From NCBI GenBank assembly GCA_044222475.1, contig JBGANF010000012.1:39309-103308 (forward strand): a DNA stretch of 64,000 nt, given 5' to 3'. This DNA is from Polyangiaceae bacterium. Lineage in GTDB: Bacteria; Myxococcota_A; Polyangia; Polyangiales; Polyangiaceae. Every line of letters begins with the position of its first letter. The first letter of the stretch is position 1. The notes beneath the pieces are model-generated. The model made no database searches, had not been told where the DNA came from, and was given only the letters and a program-made list of their open reading frames with translations. Below are positions 20,987 through 31,557 of the stretch, in pieces. A program made the translations under genes and the position numbers.

Positions 20987-22519
20987 CTAGTAGCAGTCGT
21001 GCTCGCAGCTCGGGACCGGAGTCTTCGAGCGAAAGCGGATGGTGAAGTCGCACGACGCCGGATCGCTCGCGAAGCAGTAGTCCTCCTGCGCGTAGAGCTT
21101 GCCGCCGACATCGGCCGCCGGGAGGCGCACGCGGAGAATCAGCGTCTTGCCGTCCGGCAGGATGCCCACGTCCCTCAGGCTCTTGCCGAGGTCGACGGTG
21201 GTCTTCGACGCGAGATCGATCGCGAAGAGCTGTCCACCGAGCCCGTCCGACTGGACCTTGAGCGTGTAGACCTTGCCGTCCTTGCTCTGGACGAATCGAT
21301 CCAGCGCGGCGCCGGGGCCCTGGAACGCGGTGAAGGAGCGGGTCTTGAGATCGAAGTACCCGAAGGGCGACTTCACGCCGCCGAAGACGCCGGCCTCGGC
21401 GACGAGTCCGTCGGGCCCGAGCGTCACGTTGGCGTACGCACCGCCGCGCGGCATCTTGACGGTCGCGTCGACGAGGAGACCCGAGCCGTCGAGCGTCATC
21501 GCGAAGCGCGGGAGCGCGCCGCCGATCGGCGAGAGGCTGAACTCGAGCGACTTCGGGTCGATCACCATGAGGTGGAACTGGTCGCCGAACCGGCTCGGAA
21601 CCTGCGACGGGTTCTTGAACATCGACGAGTCCATGCGCTTGGTGTCGAGGTACGCGACGACCCGTGAGCCATCTTTCGACATGGCGACCGGACCGAACCC
21701 GGGGAGGTTCTCGCGGAAGCGCGGGCCTGCCGGCTCGAGCTCGATGACGCTCACCGGGTCGGGGTTCGTCCACTGGCCGTTCGGGTTCGTCGCCTGGCCC
21801 TCCTCGCAGTACGTCGGCGAGAGGAACGCGCGCGAGCGATCGGGGAGCACGGCGATCGGAGCGTCGCAGTTTGGAACGTCGATCGGCAGCGCGGCGAGCG
21901 TACCGAGGTCGACCTGCACGACCGCCGTCGCCGGCTTGTGATCGGTCCACCGAACGCTGCCCACCACGAGCGCTTCGTCGTTGCCGACGAACGCGACGTC
22001 GGTCGCCGCGCTGCCGATCGGGACGGCGCCGCGAATCGATCCGGTGACCGCGTCGAGGACGAGCACGCGATCGAGGTCACCGAGCACGAGCGTCGAGTCG
22101 TCTTCGTTCGCGCGCATCAGGAGCGCACCTTCGGTGGCCTTGAACGCGGGGGTCGCGCTCCACAGCTGCTTCACGCCCGCGTCGAGGTCGAACGCTACGA
22201 TCCCGGCGCGGTTCGGCTTCACGGCGACGAGCGTGTGCTTCGTCTTGCCGAACAGGAAGCGCTCGCCTTGGAATGGCAGCTCCGTCGCCGTGCGCTGCTT
22301 CACGTCGACGAGGACCGAAACGGTGTTGCGCTGCATGACCGCGTACGCGCCGTCAGGCGAGACGATCATCGCCCCGGTGAGGAGCACGTCGCCGTTTTGG
22401 CCACCGGTCGTGCGATCGTTGGGGTTCGCGCCGCCCTGTCCGTTCATCGGACCGCAGGCGACGGCGGCGAGCGAGGCGAGTCCCAGGGTGGCGAGGCGAA
22501 GAAAGGAGCGGGTGCGCAT
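20987..22519 (-). CDS. Beta-propeller (YncE-like) lipoprotein
   Basis: AVAC lipobox; VSPDGA, VLPDRS, MSKDGS, MTLDGS, ILPDGK blades. Confidence 0.75.
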   Translation of the reverse strand: MRTRSFLRLATLGLASLAAVACGPMNGQGGANPNDRTTGGQNGDVLLTGAMIVSPDGAYAVMQRNTVSVLVDVKQRTATELPFQGERFLFGKTKHTLVAVKPNRAGIVAFDLDAGVKQLWSATPAFKATEGALLMRANEDDSTLVLGDLDRVLVLDAVTGSIRGAVPIGSAATDVAFVGNDEALVVGSVRWTDHKPATAVVQVDLGTLAALPIDVPNCDAPIAVLPDRSRAFLSPTYCEEGQATNPNGQWTNPDPVSVIELEPAGPRFRENLPGFGPVAMSKDGSRVVAYLDTKRMDSSMFKNPSQVPSRFGDQFHLMVIDPKSLEFSLSPIGGALPRFAMTLDGSGLLVDATVKMPRGGAYANVTLGPDGLVAEAGVFGGVKSPFGYFDLKTRSFTAFQGPGAALDRFVQSKDGKVYTLKVQSDGLGGQLFAIDLASKTTVDLGKSLRDVGILPDGKTLILRVRLPAADVGGKLYAQEDYCFASDPASCDFTIRFRSKTPVPSCEHDCY

Positions 22520-22664
22520 GCCAGACCGACGACCGCTCACGCCCCATCATTCAGGGAAAATTCGGCCGAAATGCAGAATGATCTCCAAGGTGAACGGGGG
22601 TCCACAAACGGGGGTGTGAACCGCTGACTACTGCGCTACCGTCGCACCTCCTGGGAGGTTCGAG

Positions 22665-23327
22665 ATGAAGCTTTGGACTGCGTTCGTTCTGCTCGCTGGG
22701 GCAACTGGCCTCGCTACCGCGTTCGCCTGTGGGGGCGATACTCCACCCGCGAAGACCCCCGATCCCAACGCGTCGGCCAGCACGGCCGCGAGCGACGCAC
22801 CCGCATCGTCCAGCGCAGTCCCGGCCGCGTCGAGCGCGGCGACTCCCCCGCCGAAGCCGGCGCTCAAAGGGACGATCGTGTCGTTCGCGCGCTCGGCGAA
22901 GTCGGGCACGGTCGACCTCGTCGGCGAGAAGGACGGCAACCTCAAGCCCGACGGCGTCAAGGACACCGTGTTCGACCTCGAGTACGACGGCGCTCCGGTG
23001 ACCGCGCTCCTCGTGATGACGACCGACGCGGAAGGGACGCTCACCAGTGAGTTCGATGCGGACACCCTCGTCGGTGACCAGACGATCCCGAGCGAGGTCG
23101 CCGGCATCCTCAACCAAGGCAAGACCACCTACGCGCTCGGCGTCTACGAGGCCGACAAGCTCCTCAACGGCAAGGACGGCTCTCTCGCCGCGCCGATCGC
23201 CGAAGGTCGGCACAAGCTCGCGCTGCACATCTCGAGCAAGAGCTTCCCGAAGGCACCGGTGAAGGTCTTCGTGCTCCTCATCGACGGCACCCTGCTCAAG
23301 GGTCCGATGGTCGCGCCGCCGAAGTGA
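22665..23327 (+). CDS. Lipoprotein, unknown function
   Basis: GGAGG RBS; AFACGG lipobox; Ala/Ser/Pro linker. Confidence 0.8.
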   Translation: MKLWTAFVLLAGATGLATAFACGGDTPPAKTPDPNASASTAASDAPASSSAVPAASSAATPPPKPALKGTIVSFARSAKSGTVDLVGEKDGNLKPDGVKDTVFDLEYDGAPVTALLVMTTDAEGTLTSEFDADTLVGDQTIPSEVAGILNQGKTTYALGVYEADKLLNGKDGSLAAPIAEGRHKLALHISSKSFPKAPVKVFVLLIDGTLLKGPMVAPPK

Positions 23328-23336
23328 TCTGCACGT

Positions 23337-24563
23337 TCAGAACGTGAGCGACGCCGCGCCGCCGACGAATCCCGGTCCGAACGCAGGCGCGAACCCCACC
23401 TCGACCGGCTCCACCTTGCGCGATGGTCCCGTTTTGGGACCATCGTCGCGACGTGGTGCCGTGCCGACGTGCGGCGCATCGAACACCCAGAGGACGAGCC
23501 CGGCGGCGAGGAGCGCCGCGCCGGCGCCGAAGCCGACGATCGACGCCGTGGTCCACGACGCACGCGCCTTGCGTGCGGAGTCGTAGCGGTCGAGATCGTT
23601 CGGCGTGAGCGCGTTCACGCCTTGCTGCTCGAGGATGTTCGTCGCCTTCGCCTCCTGGACGAGGGCCACCGTCATGAACGCACCGCCCGCGACCACGGCC
23701 GCGACGCCGGAGAGGAGCACCACCGTCGCCGTCGTTCGTTGTCTGCTGCCCGGCAGCGTGGCGTCGAGAGTCTTCTTCTCGCCGCGGGCGACCGTCACCT
23801 CTTGGGCGAACGCCTCGCGCCCGTTCTTCGTGACCGTGATCCAGTGTGCTCCGGCCGTGAGCGACAATGGGCGAGCGAGCGGCGTCGTGCCTTCGGTGCG
23901 CCCGTCGACGTCGACCTTGGCGCCGGCGTCCGTCTTCAGGGTGATCTCCGCCGGTTGCTCGCGCAGCGGGACGTCCTGCGCGATCATCGTTCCGTCGACC
24001 GCGGTGACGTCGCGAAGCTCGTCGATGAACCCTTCGGCGAAGATCCGGACCTTGTGCGCGCCGGGCGCGACCGGTCCGATCAGCGGCGCGTCGACCGGTG
24101 CCGCCCCATCGAGGGACACCTTCGCGTTCGGCGTCCCGGACGAGTTGATCGAGAGACGCGCCGGCTCCTTCGCCTTCGGACCTTCACTGGACCCTCCGCC
24201 GAGCCGTTCGGCGAGTGGCGCGAGCTCCGCGAGCGCTTGCGACGCGTCGGCGCGGCGGTTCCCCTGGGGAGCATCCGCGATGTACTTCCGGTAGAGCTCG
24301 ACCGCGGCGCGAAGGTGCTCCGCTTTGCCGTCGACGTAGTACTGGCGCCGGTGCGCCTGGGCGAGCGAGAACATGATCGCCGGCCGCGGCGCGAGCTTCT
24401 GCGCGCCCTCGAACGCCTGGATGGCACCGATGAAGTCGCCCTTCTCGTAAGCGCTCGCGCCAGCGGCGAACAGCGACTTCGCTTGCTCGACGTCGTCGGC
24501 GCGAGCGGGGACCGCGAGCGCGAGCGCGATCATCGACGCGGTGACGATCAGCGCGCGCTTCAC
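23337..24563 (-). CDS. TPR/PEGA-domain protein
   Basis: TPR (AKSLFAAGASAYEKGDF), two PEGA motifs, TM pair, C-terminal F. Confidence 0.85.
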   Translation of the reverse strand: MKRALIVTASMIALALAVPARADDVEQAKSLFAAGASAYEKGDFIGAIQAFEGAQKLAPRPAIMFSLAQAHRRQYYVDGKAEHLRAAVELYRKYIADAPQGNRRADASQALAELAPLAERLGGGSSEGPKAKEPARLSINSSGTPNAKVSLDGAAPVDAPLIGPVAPGAHKVRIFAEGFIDELRDVTAVDGTMIAQDVPLREQPAEITLKTDAGAKVDVDGRTEGTTPLARPLSLTAGAHWITVTKNGREAFAQEVTVARGEKKTLDATLPGSRQRTTATVVLLSGVAAVVAGGAFMTVALVQEAKATNILEQQGVNALTPNDLDRYDSARKARASWTTASIVGFGAGAALLAAGLVLWVFDAPHVGTAPRRDDGPKTGPSRKVEPVEVGFAPAFGPGFVGGAASLTF

Positions 24564-27214
24564 GGGACCTCCGCGACGCCGAGGTGAATCTCGACCGACG
24601 ACCCGTGCGACACGATCAGATCGTCCACGCCGTCGCCGTTGACGTCCGCGCCGAGCGCGTCGACGACCGGCGCGCCGCTCAGCGCAAGAGCCTCCGTCGG
24701 CTTCTTCGGCCCGCCGCCGGAGTCGATCCCGCCGAGCCACATCGACGACTTCGTGGTGGTCGCCGCTCGCGTGATCATCGCGAGTGATGCGCGCCCGCTC
24801 TTGTCGGTGCGCACCGCGGCGATCGCGACGAGGTCCGGCGGCACGGGCATGTCGATCGGAGGGTCGATGACGCCAGCTCGGTTCTTGAGGAACGCGAGCA
24901 CCGGGCTGCCGCTCTTGTCGAACGCCTGCACGATCGCGTCGAACACTCCGTCGCCGTCGAAGTCGCCGACGGCGATGCGCGCGCCGTAGCCGAAGCGCGC
25001 CAGATCGTCGGTCGCCTTCGTGTAGGCGCCGATCTCCTTCGGCAAGTCGACCGACCACGCGTTGTTGACGAGCTTCGCGGTGAGGAGCTTCCCCTTCCCC
25101 CCACCCGCGCGATCGGCGGGGTTCACGACGAGCAAGATGTCCTGCCCATCGTTCGACGGGATGAGCGCCGCGCCGGCGGCGCGAACTTCGCGGAGCGAGA
25201 GCGCGAGCTCGCCGGTCGGTCCGCTCGAGATGACGGTCTTGGCGGGGTCGAGCTGGGCGAAGCCGTTGGACGGCACGAACCACAGCCTTCCAATCAGCTT
25301 GTCGGTCGGCGAGACCCTCACCGCGCCGTCGGCGTCGGCCTTCGGTGTGTCGAGCGCGAGGGCGACGATCCCGCGGTTGCCGCCAAATCGGCCGGCGAGA
25401 ACCTGGAGTGGGAAGCCCTGCACGGACTGCGTCTGGCTCAAGGACGCGGCGAGCTGGAACGGCGTGGAAAATTGACGGTTCGCATCGCCGACGAGCAGCG
25501 TGACGAGCTTGCTCGTGCCGGTGCCGGTGCTCACGGCCCCCAAGACGTCGCGCGCTTGGAACGGCAAGCCTTGGAACGGGACGAGGTCCGACGTGCCGGT
25601 GAGCACGCCGGTGCGTTGGGGTGCGTCGGGGAAGCCGCCGGCGTGTCCGAAAAGCGTGTAGAGCGCATCGTCATCGCCGAGGTCGGATCCGCCGCGCACG
25701 ATGACGGCGAAGTCCTTCACGAAGTCGCCGTCGAAGTCACCGGCCGCCAAGTTGACCGGCGTCCCGTCGAAGAGGATCTCTTGGACGTTGAGCGCGCCCG
25801 CGCCGTTGCCGTTGAGGAACGTGAGGCCGCCGGGCGAGAGAATCAGCGCGTCGCTCTTCCCGTTCCCGTTGAAGTCGCCGATGAACGCGTCGGTGGCGCG
25901 TCGCCCCTGTTCGATCTGGCCGACGGTCGAGAGGTACGCCGACGTCGACGTGAACCAATCGAGGAGCCCGTCTCCGTCGAGGCTGCCCACTGCGAGCGGA
26001 GCGATCGGCGCCTGCGTCGTCCCGATCAGGTTCGGCGGCGTACCGAGGTTGAACAAGGTCGTGGCCGTGGCTTTGTTGTCTCCGTTGCTCGCCGGGACCG
26101 GGGCGGTGGAGTTGAACGTCCCGTCGGCGACGCCCAGGGCGACGTAGCTCACTCCGTAGCCAGGGATGATCAGATCGGAGCGACCGTCGCCGTTGAGATC
26201 GGCGTAGAGCGGCCTGAGCGTCGGTTTCACCGGACGCGCGGCGTCGACGAGGGTGACCGTGACCATCGGGACCTGCGGGGTGGTGTCCTTCAGCGGTACG
26301 GTCTTCGTGTTCGGGATGACGACGCCGTTGCCTTGCTTCTTGCACGTCGGGATCACGAGCGCGCTCGCATCGGACACGAGCACGACGCTCTCGCACGGGA
26401 AGCCGACCTGCGGGATGGTCCCGGCGGTGAGGTACTTGGAGGGCGCCAGCGGAAGCGTGGTGATCTCGGTCGTGGCGTTGCCGGCGTCGCCCTCGCTCGT
26501 GAAGAAGCTGTCGACCTCTTGTCCGAGGAACGTGAAGTGAGCGCCGACGAAGAGACGCCGGTGTCCGGCGGAGAGTGCGCCGGCGAAGCGAACGTCCGGC
26601 GAGTCGACGGGGTAGTTCGGGTAGATGCTGGGGAGGAGCGTCCGTGACTTGTTGCCGTGGAGCACGATGACGTCCCCACCGGCGAGCTCGCTCTTTCCGC
26701 CAACGGTGAGCGGCGGGATGATCGACGAGTTCGTCAGCACGAGCGAGCCAATCGCGTCGTCCGACAGAAGGCCCACGTTCGTGCCGCCAGCGCCGGACGA
26801 GACGAGCAGCGGCGAGCTGGCCGAGCCGCTCGCGTCGAAGAATCGAATCGACGTCGACGCCGAACCGATCGACACGAGGTCGCTGCGTCGATCTCCGTCG
26901 AAGTCACCGGTGTCGAGCCGCTGCGCCTCGCCGCCGACGTCGATGGATTGAAGCTGGAAGCTTCCGCTCGGTTGTCGGCAGACGTCGTCCGCGCCGCATC
27001 GAAATCCGGTCGGGCATTTGTGATCGGTGCCGGAGCAGTCGAGGTGGCACTGCGCGACGCCCGAGGAATAACAAGGCACGCCGTCGACCGCGACGCCGTC
27101 GCACTGCTCGCCCTTTTCGACCGCACCGTTGCCGCAGACGTTGCGATCGATGTCGGGCAGCTCCGCGCACATCGTGCACAAGAGGAACGTCAGGGCAACG
27201 AAGGGTAAGCGCAT
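24560..27214 (-). CDS. FG-GAP/VCBS-repeat secreted or lipoprotein
   Basis: Multiple GDFDGD/DLNGDGRSD motifs; CGNG..EKGEQCD Cys-rich module. Confidence 0.88.
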   Translation of the reverse strand: MRLPFVALTFLLCTMCAELPDIDRNVCGNGAVEKGEQCDGVAVDGVPCYSSGVAQCHLDCSGTDHKCPTGFRCGADDVCRQPSGSFQLQSIDVGGEAQRLDTGDFDGDRRSDLVSIGSASTSIRFFDASGSASSPLLVSSGAGGTNVGLLSDDAIGSLVLTNSSIIPPLTVGGKSELAGGDVIVLHGNKSRTLLPSIYPNYPVDSPDVRFAGALSAGHRRLFVGAHFTFLGQEVDSFFTSEGDAGNATTEITTLPLAPSKYLTAGTIPQVGFPCESVVLVSDASALVIPTCKKQGNGVVIPNTKTVPLKDTTPQVPMVTVTLVDAARPVKPTLRPLYADLNGDGRSDLIIPGYGVSYVALGVADGTFNSTAPVPASNGDNKATATTLFNLGTPPNLIGTTQAPIAPLAVGSLDGDGLLDWFTSTSAYLSTVGQIEQGRRATDAFIGDFNGNGKSDALILSPGGLTFLNGNGAGALNVQEILFDGTPVNLAAGDFDGDFVKDFAVIVRGGSDLGDDDALYTLFGHAGGFPDAPQRTGVLTGTSDLVPFQGLPFQARDVLGAVSTGTGTSKLVTLLVGDANRQFSTPFQLAASLSQTQSVQGFPLQVLAGRFGGNRGIVALALDTPKADADGAVRVSPTDKLIGRLWFVPSNGFAQLDPAKTVISSGPTGELALSLREVRAAGAALIPSNDGQDILLVVNPADRAGGGKGKLLTAKLVNNAWSVDLPKEIGAYTKATDDLARFGYGARIAVGDFDGDGVFDAIVQAFDKSGSPVLAFLKNRAGVIDPPIDMPVPPDLVAIAAVRTDKSGRASLAMITRAATTTKSSMWLGGIDSGGGPKKPTEALALSGAPVVDALGADVNGDGVDDLIVSHGSSVEIHLGVAEVP

Positions 27215-27233
27215 GGTCGTTCCTGGAGAGCGT

Positions 27234-28790
27234 TCAGAAGGGGTTCTCGATCTCGCTCTTCTTCCCCGACGGCTTGGCCGTGGGGACTTGCTTCACCGGA
27301 TCGAGCGTCTCGGCGAACGTGCTGCTCGTGTCGCCGGAGACCTTGATCGACTTCGCGACGTAGCCGGGCGCCTCGAGACGAAGCTCGATCGGTCCGGACG
27401 CGGCCGCCAGCTGAACCGCACCGGGTGCCGAGCCGACGACCTCCGCGCCGCGAAGCACCTTCGTGCCCTTGGGCTGCCCCGTGAACGTGACGGTGATTTC
27501 GGTTTGCACGGTGGCGCTCGGCTGAGCCGTCGGCTGGACCGTCGGCGGTGGCGGCGCGGTGGCGGCGGACGCGGCCGGAACCGTCGACGCCGGCGGTGCG
27601 ACGGTCGTCGCCGCGTTGCCGCCGCGCGTGGCGAGAAACCCACCGACCCCGATCAGCAACCCGACCGCGAGCGCGACGCCCGCGTAGAGCGCGACCGGCC
27701 GGCGGGCGGGCGCAGGCCCCACCTCGGACGTGGCTCCGACGAGCGTCTGCGCGGTGGCAAGCTCGCTCGCGCCCGGCAGCGAGCGCGACGATGGGAGGGA
27801 CGGCGTCGACCCGATGACGTGGCCGGCGGTGGCGATCCCCGCGCGGTTCGCCGCGGCCGTGAGCTCTTCGACGGCGCTCGCGAGCGTCTTCGGGCGGCGC
27901 TCGCGATCCTTCTCGAGCATGTGAAGCAGCGGCGCATCGAGCTCCTTCGGGAGCCCGGGGTGGACCTCGGACGGAGGACGCGGCGTCGCCGTCATCTGCT
28001 TCATCAAGATGTCCATCACCGACTCGCCGGTGAACGGCACCGAGCCGGTGAGCATCTCGTAGGCCATCGCACCGAACGAGTAGATGTCCGCGCGCGTGTC
28101 GACGTCGACGCCGCGCGACTGCTCCGGTGACATGTACTGCGGCGTGCCGATGGGAACACCGGTCTGCGTGCGCGGCCCGCTCCGCTCGCCGAGGAGCTTG
28201 GCCACCCCGAAATCGAGGAGCTTCGTCGTCACCGTGCCGTCGGCGTCGAAGACGAGGAACACGTTGTCCGGCTTGAGATCGCGGTGGGCGATGCCGCTCG
28301 CGTGCGCCGCGTCGACGGCGCGGGCGACGCCGCGGAGAATCGCGATCGCCTCCGCGACTTCGAGCTTTCCTCGCGCCTTGAGGTGACCGTCGAGCGACGT
28401 CCCCTCCAGGAGCTCCATCACGAAGTACTGACGACCGTCGGGGAGGGCGCCGAACGAGAAGATGTCGATGATGCCCTTGTTGCGGATCTGGTTGACCGCC
28501 CGCGCCTCGTCGATGAAGCGGTTCACGATCTCCGGCTTGGCCGAGAACTCGCGGCTGAGCACCTTGATCGCGACGCTCTTGCCGATGAGCGGTTGCGTCG
28601 CCCGGTACACGGCGCCGAAGCCGCCCTCACCGAGCTTGCGCTCGATCTCGTACTCGCCGACCTTGGTCCCGCTCGCGAGCTCGCCCGACAGCTCGGCCAC
28701 GACCGAGGCGGACAGCAGCGTCGACCCGTCGGTGGGGCATTTCGACGTTCCGTCCGCGAACTCTCCCGCGCATGAGGGGCACTTCACCAT
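27234..28790 (-). CDS. Membrane Ser/Thr protein kinase with N-terminal Zn ribbon
   Basis: CPSC..CPTDG, GEGGFG, VAIK, HRDLKPDN, DFG, GTPQYMSPEQ. Confidence 0.95.
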   Translation of the reverse strand: MVKCPSCAGEFADGTSKCPTDGSTLLSASVVAELSGELASGTKVGEYEIERKLGEGGFGAVYRATQPLIGKSVAIKVLSREFSAKPEIVNRFIDEARAVNQIRNKGIIDIFSFGALPDGRQYFVMELLEGTSLDGHLKARGKLEVAEAIAILRGVARAVDAAHASGIAHRDLKPDNVFLVFDADGTVTTKLLDFGVAKLLGERSGPRTQTGVPIGTPQYMSPEQSRGVDVDTRADIYSFGAMAYEMLTGSVPFTGESVMDILMKQMTATPRPPSEVHPGLPKELDAPLLHMLEKDRERRPKTLASAVEELTAAANRAGIATAGHVIGSTPSLPSSRSLPGASELATAQTLVGATSEVGPAPARRPVALYAGVALAVGLLIGVGGFLATRGGNAATTVAPPASTVPAASAATAPPPPTVQPTAQPSATVQTEITVTFTGQPKGTKVLRGAEVVGSAPGAVQLAAASGPIELRLEAPGYVAKSIKVSGDTSSTFAETLDPVKQVPTAKPSGKKSEIENPF

Positions 28791-28924
28791 CGAGCCTCCG
28801 GAGGATACCAAGAAGGTCTTCTCCAGAGAAAGCACGCTCCGGGCCACTCGATTTCCACGAGATTTCGCGCTTCGGGCAGGCAGTGCGGTGCGAAGTTCAC
28901 GCGACGAAGCGTGGCGCCGTTGCA

Positions 28925-29599
28925 TCAGCGCTCGTGTGGTTCCTTGTCGTCCACGCCCTCACTCCCCGTCTTCGCGTTCCGGGCGGCGCGACAGCGCTTG
29001 GCCAGGACGTCCACGCCGAGGGCGTCGAAGCCCATCTCGTTGGCGACGGCCAGCACGGTTCCCCGCCCGCAGAACGGATCGACGACGACGCGCGTGTCGG
29101 TCTCGTCGCGAAGGAACTGACACGCGACGCGACACGCGGACGCCCCCATCGCGCGGCTCCAGCTCATCGCACCAGCGTCCGCGAGGACGTCGGGACCAGG
29201 GCGCTTGGGGAGCGCGCGCTCTCCGCGCGCGATCGCGATCATGTGAGAGTAGCTCGGTCGCCCGACGGAGACCGTGCCGGCGGGCTTGCGGCACACGATC
29301 TTGTGGAAGATCACCTTCGCGCGCTCCTCTTCCGCGGCGCGCATCACGAGGTAGCCCTTGTCGATCCACTCGCCACCGCGGCGAATGTCGCTCTGATAGA
29401 AGATGGCGACGCCCGTTTCGGGCACCCATCGAACGAGCGCACGAGCAGCGGAGACGAACCACGCGCGCCACGGATCGACGTCGCGCGCGTCGGTCTCGGA
29501 CACGTCGGGGAGCGACGTGACGACGCTCGCGTGTTCCTCGGCGGGGTTCGCCGCGAGCCAGCCGAGCGCTTCGGCCTGGACGACTCGCCGGCTCGGCAT
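28925..29599 (-). CDS. SAM-dependent methyltransferase, N6/N4 DNA MTase-like order of motifs
   Basis: VVTSLPD near the N-terminus; VVDPFCGRGT near the C-terminus. Confidence 0.75.
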   Translation of the reverse strand: MPSRRVVQAEALGWLAANPAEEHASVVTSLPDVSETDARDVDPWRAWFVSAARALVRWVPETGVAIFYQSDIRRGGEWIDKGYLVMRAAEEERAKVIFHKIVCRKPAGTVSVGRPSYSHMIAIARGERALPKRPGPDVLADAGAMSWSRAMGASACRVACQFLRDETDTRVVVDPFCGRGTVLAVANEMGFDALGVDVLAKRCRAARNAKTGSEGVDDKEPHER

Positions 29600-30147
29600 C
29601 ACCGCTTCTTCTTGGTGGCCTTCTTCTTCTTCGGCTTCGCCTTCGGCTTCGGCTTCGGCTTCGGCTTCGGCTTCGGCTTCGGCTTCGCTTTCGCTTTCGC
29701 CTTCGGCTTCGCTTTCGGCTTCGGCTTCGCTTTCGCTTTCGCCTTCCGCTTCACCACCGGAAGCTTCGGCGTCGACACCGGCATCTCGCCGCCGGTCGAG
29801 AGGAGCTTGCACCAAGCGACCGCGATCCCGCGAAGCTCGGTCGCTTGCGCGCGCACGTCCTCGAGGCTGGTGAACCGCATGAAGCGGGTAGGCCCGCTCC
29901 CGAGGAGGTGCGGAAACGCGCCGTCGAACTTTCCGCCGCGCACGAACAGGAGCGTGACGTTCGGCTCGTCGAGCTTCACGAACGACGCGATGTCGCCGAG
30001 GTAGCCGAACGACACGGTGCCGTCCTGCACGCTCTCCTTGATGCGCGCGTCGGCGCCGAGGACGATGTCGCGCACGCACTGCATCGCGCTCTCGAGCGGA
30101 TGCTTCCGCGCCTCGAACCAGCGATCGACCTCGGCGCTCTTTGCCAT
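29599..30147 (-). CDS. DUF1801 (YdhG-like) protein with Lys/Pro/Ala-rich tail
   Basis: VRDIVLGADARIKESV pattern; (KP/KA)n tail encoded by hexamer repeats at ~29630-29742. Confidence 0.75.
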   Translation of the reverse strand: MAKSAEVDRWFEARKHPLESAMQCVRDIVLGADARIKESVQDGTVSFGYLGDIASFVKLDEPNVTLLFVRGGKFDGAFPHLLGSGPTRFMRFTSLEDVRAQATELRGIAVAWCKLLSTGGEMPVSTPKLPVVKRKAKAKAKPKPKAKPKAKAKAKPKPKPKPKPKPKPKAKPKKKKATKKKR

Positions 30148-30162
30148 GGCGGCAGCATATGC

Positions 30163-31533
30163 TCAGGTTCCAGTCCGCACCACGTCGAACGACGTCGTGA
30201 CGCAGACGAGGCCTCCTTCGTCGTCGAGGCCGAAAAACGTGGCGTATTCGCCGTCGCCCGCGCCCGAGGGGAAGCTCACGAGGTTCGCGCCCGTCGTCCG
30301 ATCGAGGACCAACGCGCCCCGGTAGTTCTTCGCGATGCGCGCCGGAGCCTGCTCGGCGAGGGTCGCCAGCGCGCCGGTCGCGCTCGCATCGAAGAACGCT
30401 CCGGTCGCGCGGGCGACGCGGACCATGGCGGGATCGGCGACCTCCCACCGGGCGAGCGGCCGGTCGGCCAGCTTCACCGTCGCGGCAGCGACGACGTCGT
30501 CGCCTTCGGTCTCGAACGCGAGCACGGTGAGCACGACCCGGTAGCGGCCGGGCGCGACCGTGCGCGTGAACGGCACCGCGGTGGAGTCGGTCGCGAACGG
30601 ATCCGCGGCGACGAGCGCACCGGTCGGCAGCGCGAGCGTCCCGGCGTTGCGCAAGCGCACCTGGCAACGCATCGCACCGTTGGTGAGTACGTTCCCATCG
30701 ACGAGGAGCGCGGCAAACGGGAACCGATCTTCGGTCGGGATCTCGGTCCCCTTCCCGTACGGCGTGAGGGTGCGTGGCCCCGGCACGCTCGGCTCGATCT
30801 TCTCGAGCGCGCGCGCCAGCTTCTCGAGTGCCTTCGCCGCGCCGCCGCGCGCGGACTTCCGCCGCGCTGCCTCGGCCCGAATCAGCGGGACCATGGATCC
30901 GTCGCCGAGGACGCCGAGCGCACCCGCGATCGCGTCGATCGGGCCCTCGTCTCTCTCGAGCAGCTCGAGGAGCCGCGGCGCTGCGCTTCGCTCTCGCGCC
31001 TTTCCGAGCAGCGAAGCGCCGAGCGCCGAGAGCGCGTGATCGCCCGAGTCGAGCGCGTCGAAGAACACCGACGTCCAACGCGGGTCGTCCGGGATCGGGT
31101 TCGCGTCGAGGAACGCGAGGCACGCCTTGGCGACCTCGGGCCGCGTCTCGATCGACGAGGACAGCGCGTCCCACGCGGTCCGGGGATCGAGCGCGAAGAC
31201 GGCGGCACAGACCGAGCCCCAGCTCACGGGATGATGCGGCGTCGTCTTCGGGTCGAGGAGCGCCGCGATCGGCTCGAGCAGCGCACGCTCGCCGCTCTCG
31301 AGCATGAGCGCTTCGAGCGCCGCCCCGAGCTTCTGCGACGGGTGTTCGCGCCACAGCTCGACGAGAAACGCATCCGCCGCCGGATCACGAAGCGCGACGA
31401 GCTTGGTCAGGCGCTTCACGAGCGCGGCGAAGCCCTTCTCCGACCGTTTTCCGGCGTCGGCGATGCTCGGCCCGCGTCGCTTCGCGATGGGGTCGCGCTT
31501 GAGCTCGTCGAGCAGCGCAGCAGATTCGGTCAC
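30163..31533 (-). CDS. HEAT-repeat plus DUF4241-like protein
   Basis: LPTGALVAADP..PGRYRV..SGAGDGEY. Confidence 0.7.
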   Translation of the reverse strand: MTESAALLDELKRDPIAKRRGPSIADAGKRSEKGFAALVKRLTKLVALRDPAADAFLVELWREHPSQKLGAALEALMLESGERALLEPIAALLDPKTTPHHPVSWGSVCAAVFALDPRTAWDALSSSIETRPEVAKACLAFLDANPIPDDPRWTSVFFDALDSGDHALSALGASLLGKARERSAAPRLLELLERDEGPIDAIAGALGVLGDGSMVPLIRAEAARRKSARGGAAKALEKLARALEKIEPSVPGPRTLTPYGKGTEIPTEDRFPFAALLVDGNVLTNGAMRCQVRLRNAGTLALPTGALVAADPFATDSTAVPFTRTVAPGRYRVVLTVLAFETEGDDVVAAATVKLADRPLARWEVADPAMVRVARATGAFFDASATGALATLAEQAPARIAKNYRGALVLDRTTGANLVSFPSGAGDGEYATFFGLDDEGGLVCVTTSFDVVRTGT

Positions 31534-31557
31534 GGACCGAAACGCTAGCAGAACTTG

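Noticed and set aside
29630..29742. Hexamer tandem repeat as a non-coding element
   Set aside because: Explained by the KP/KA low-complexity protein tail.
28925..31354. 809-aa ORF with an EAEAEA tract
   Set aside because: Off-frame read-through of the neighbouring genes; only the last 224 aa are the methyltransferase.
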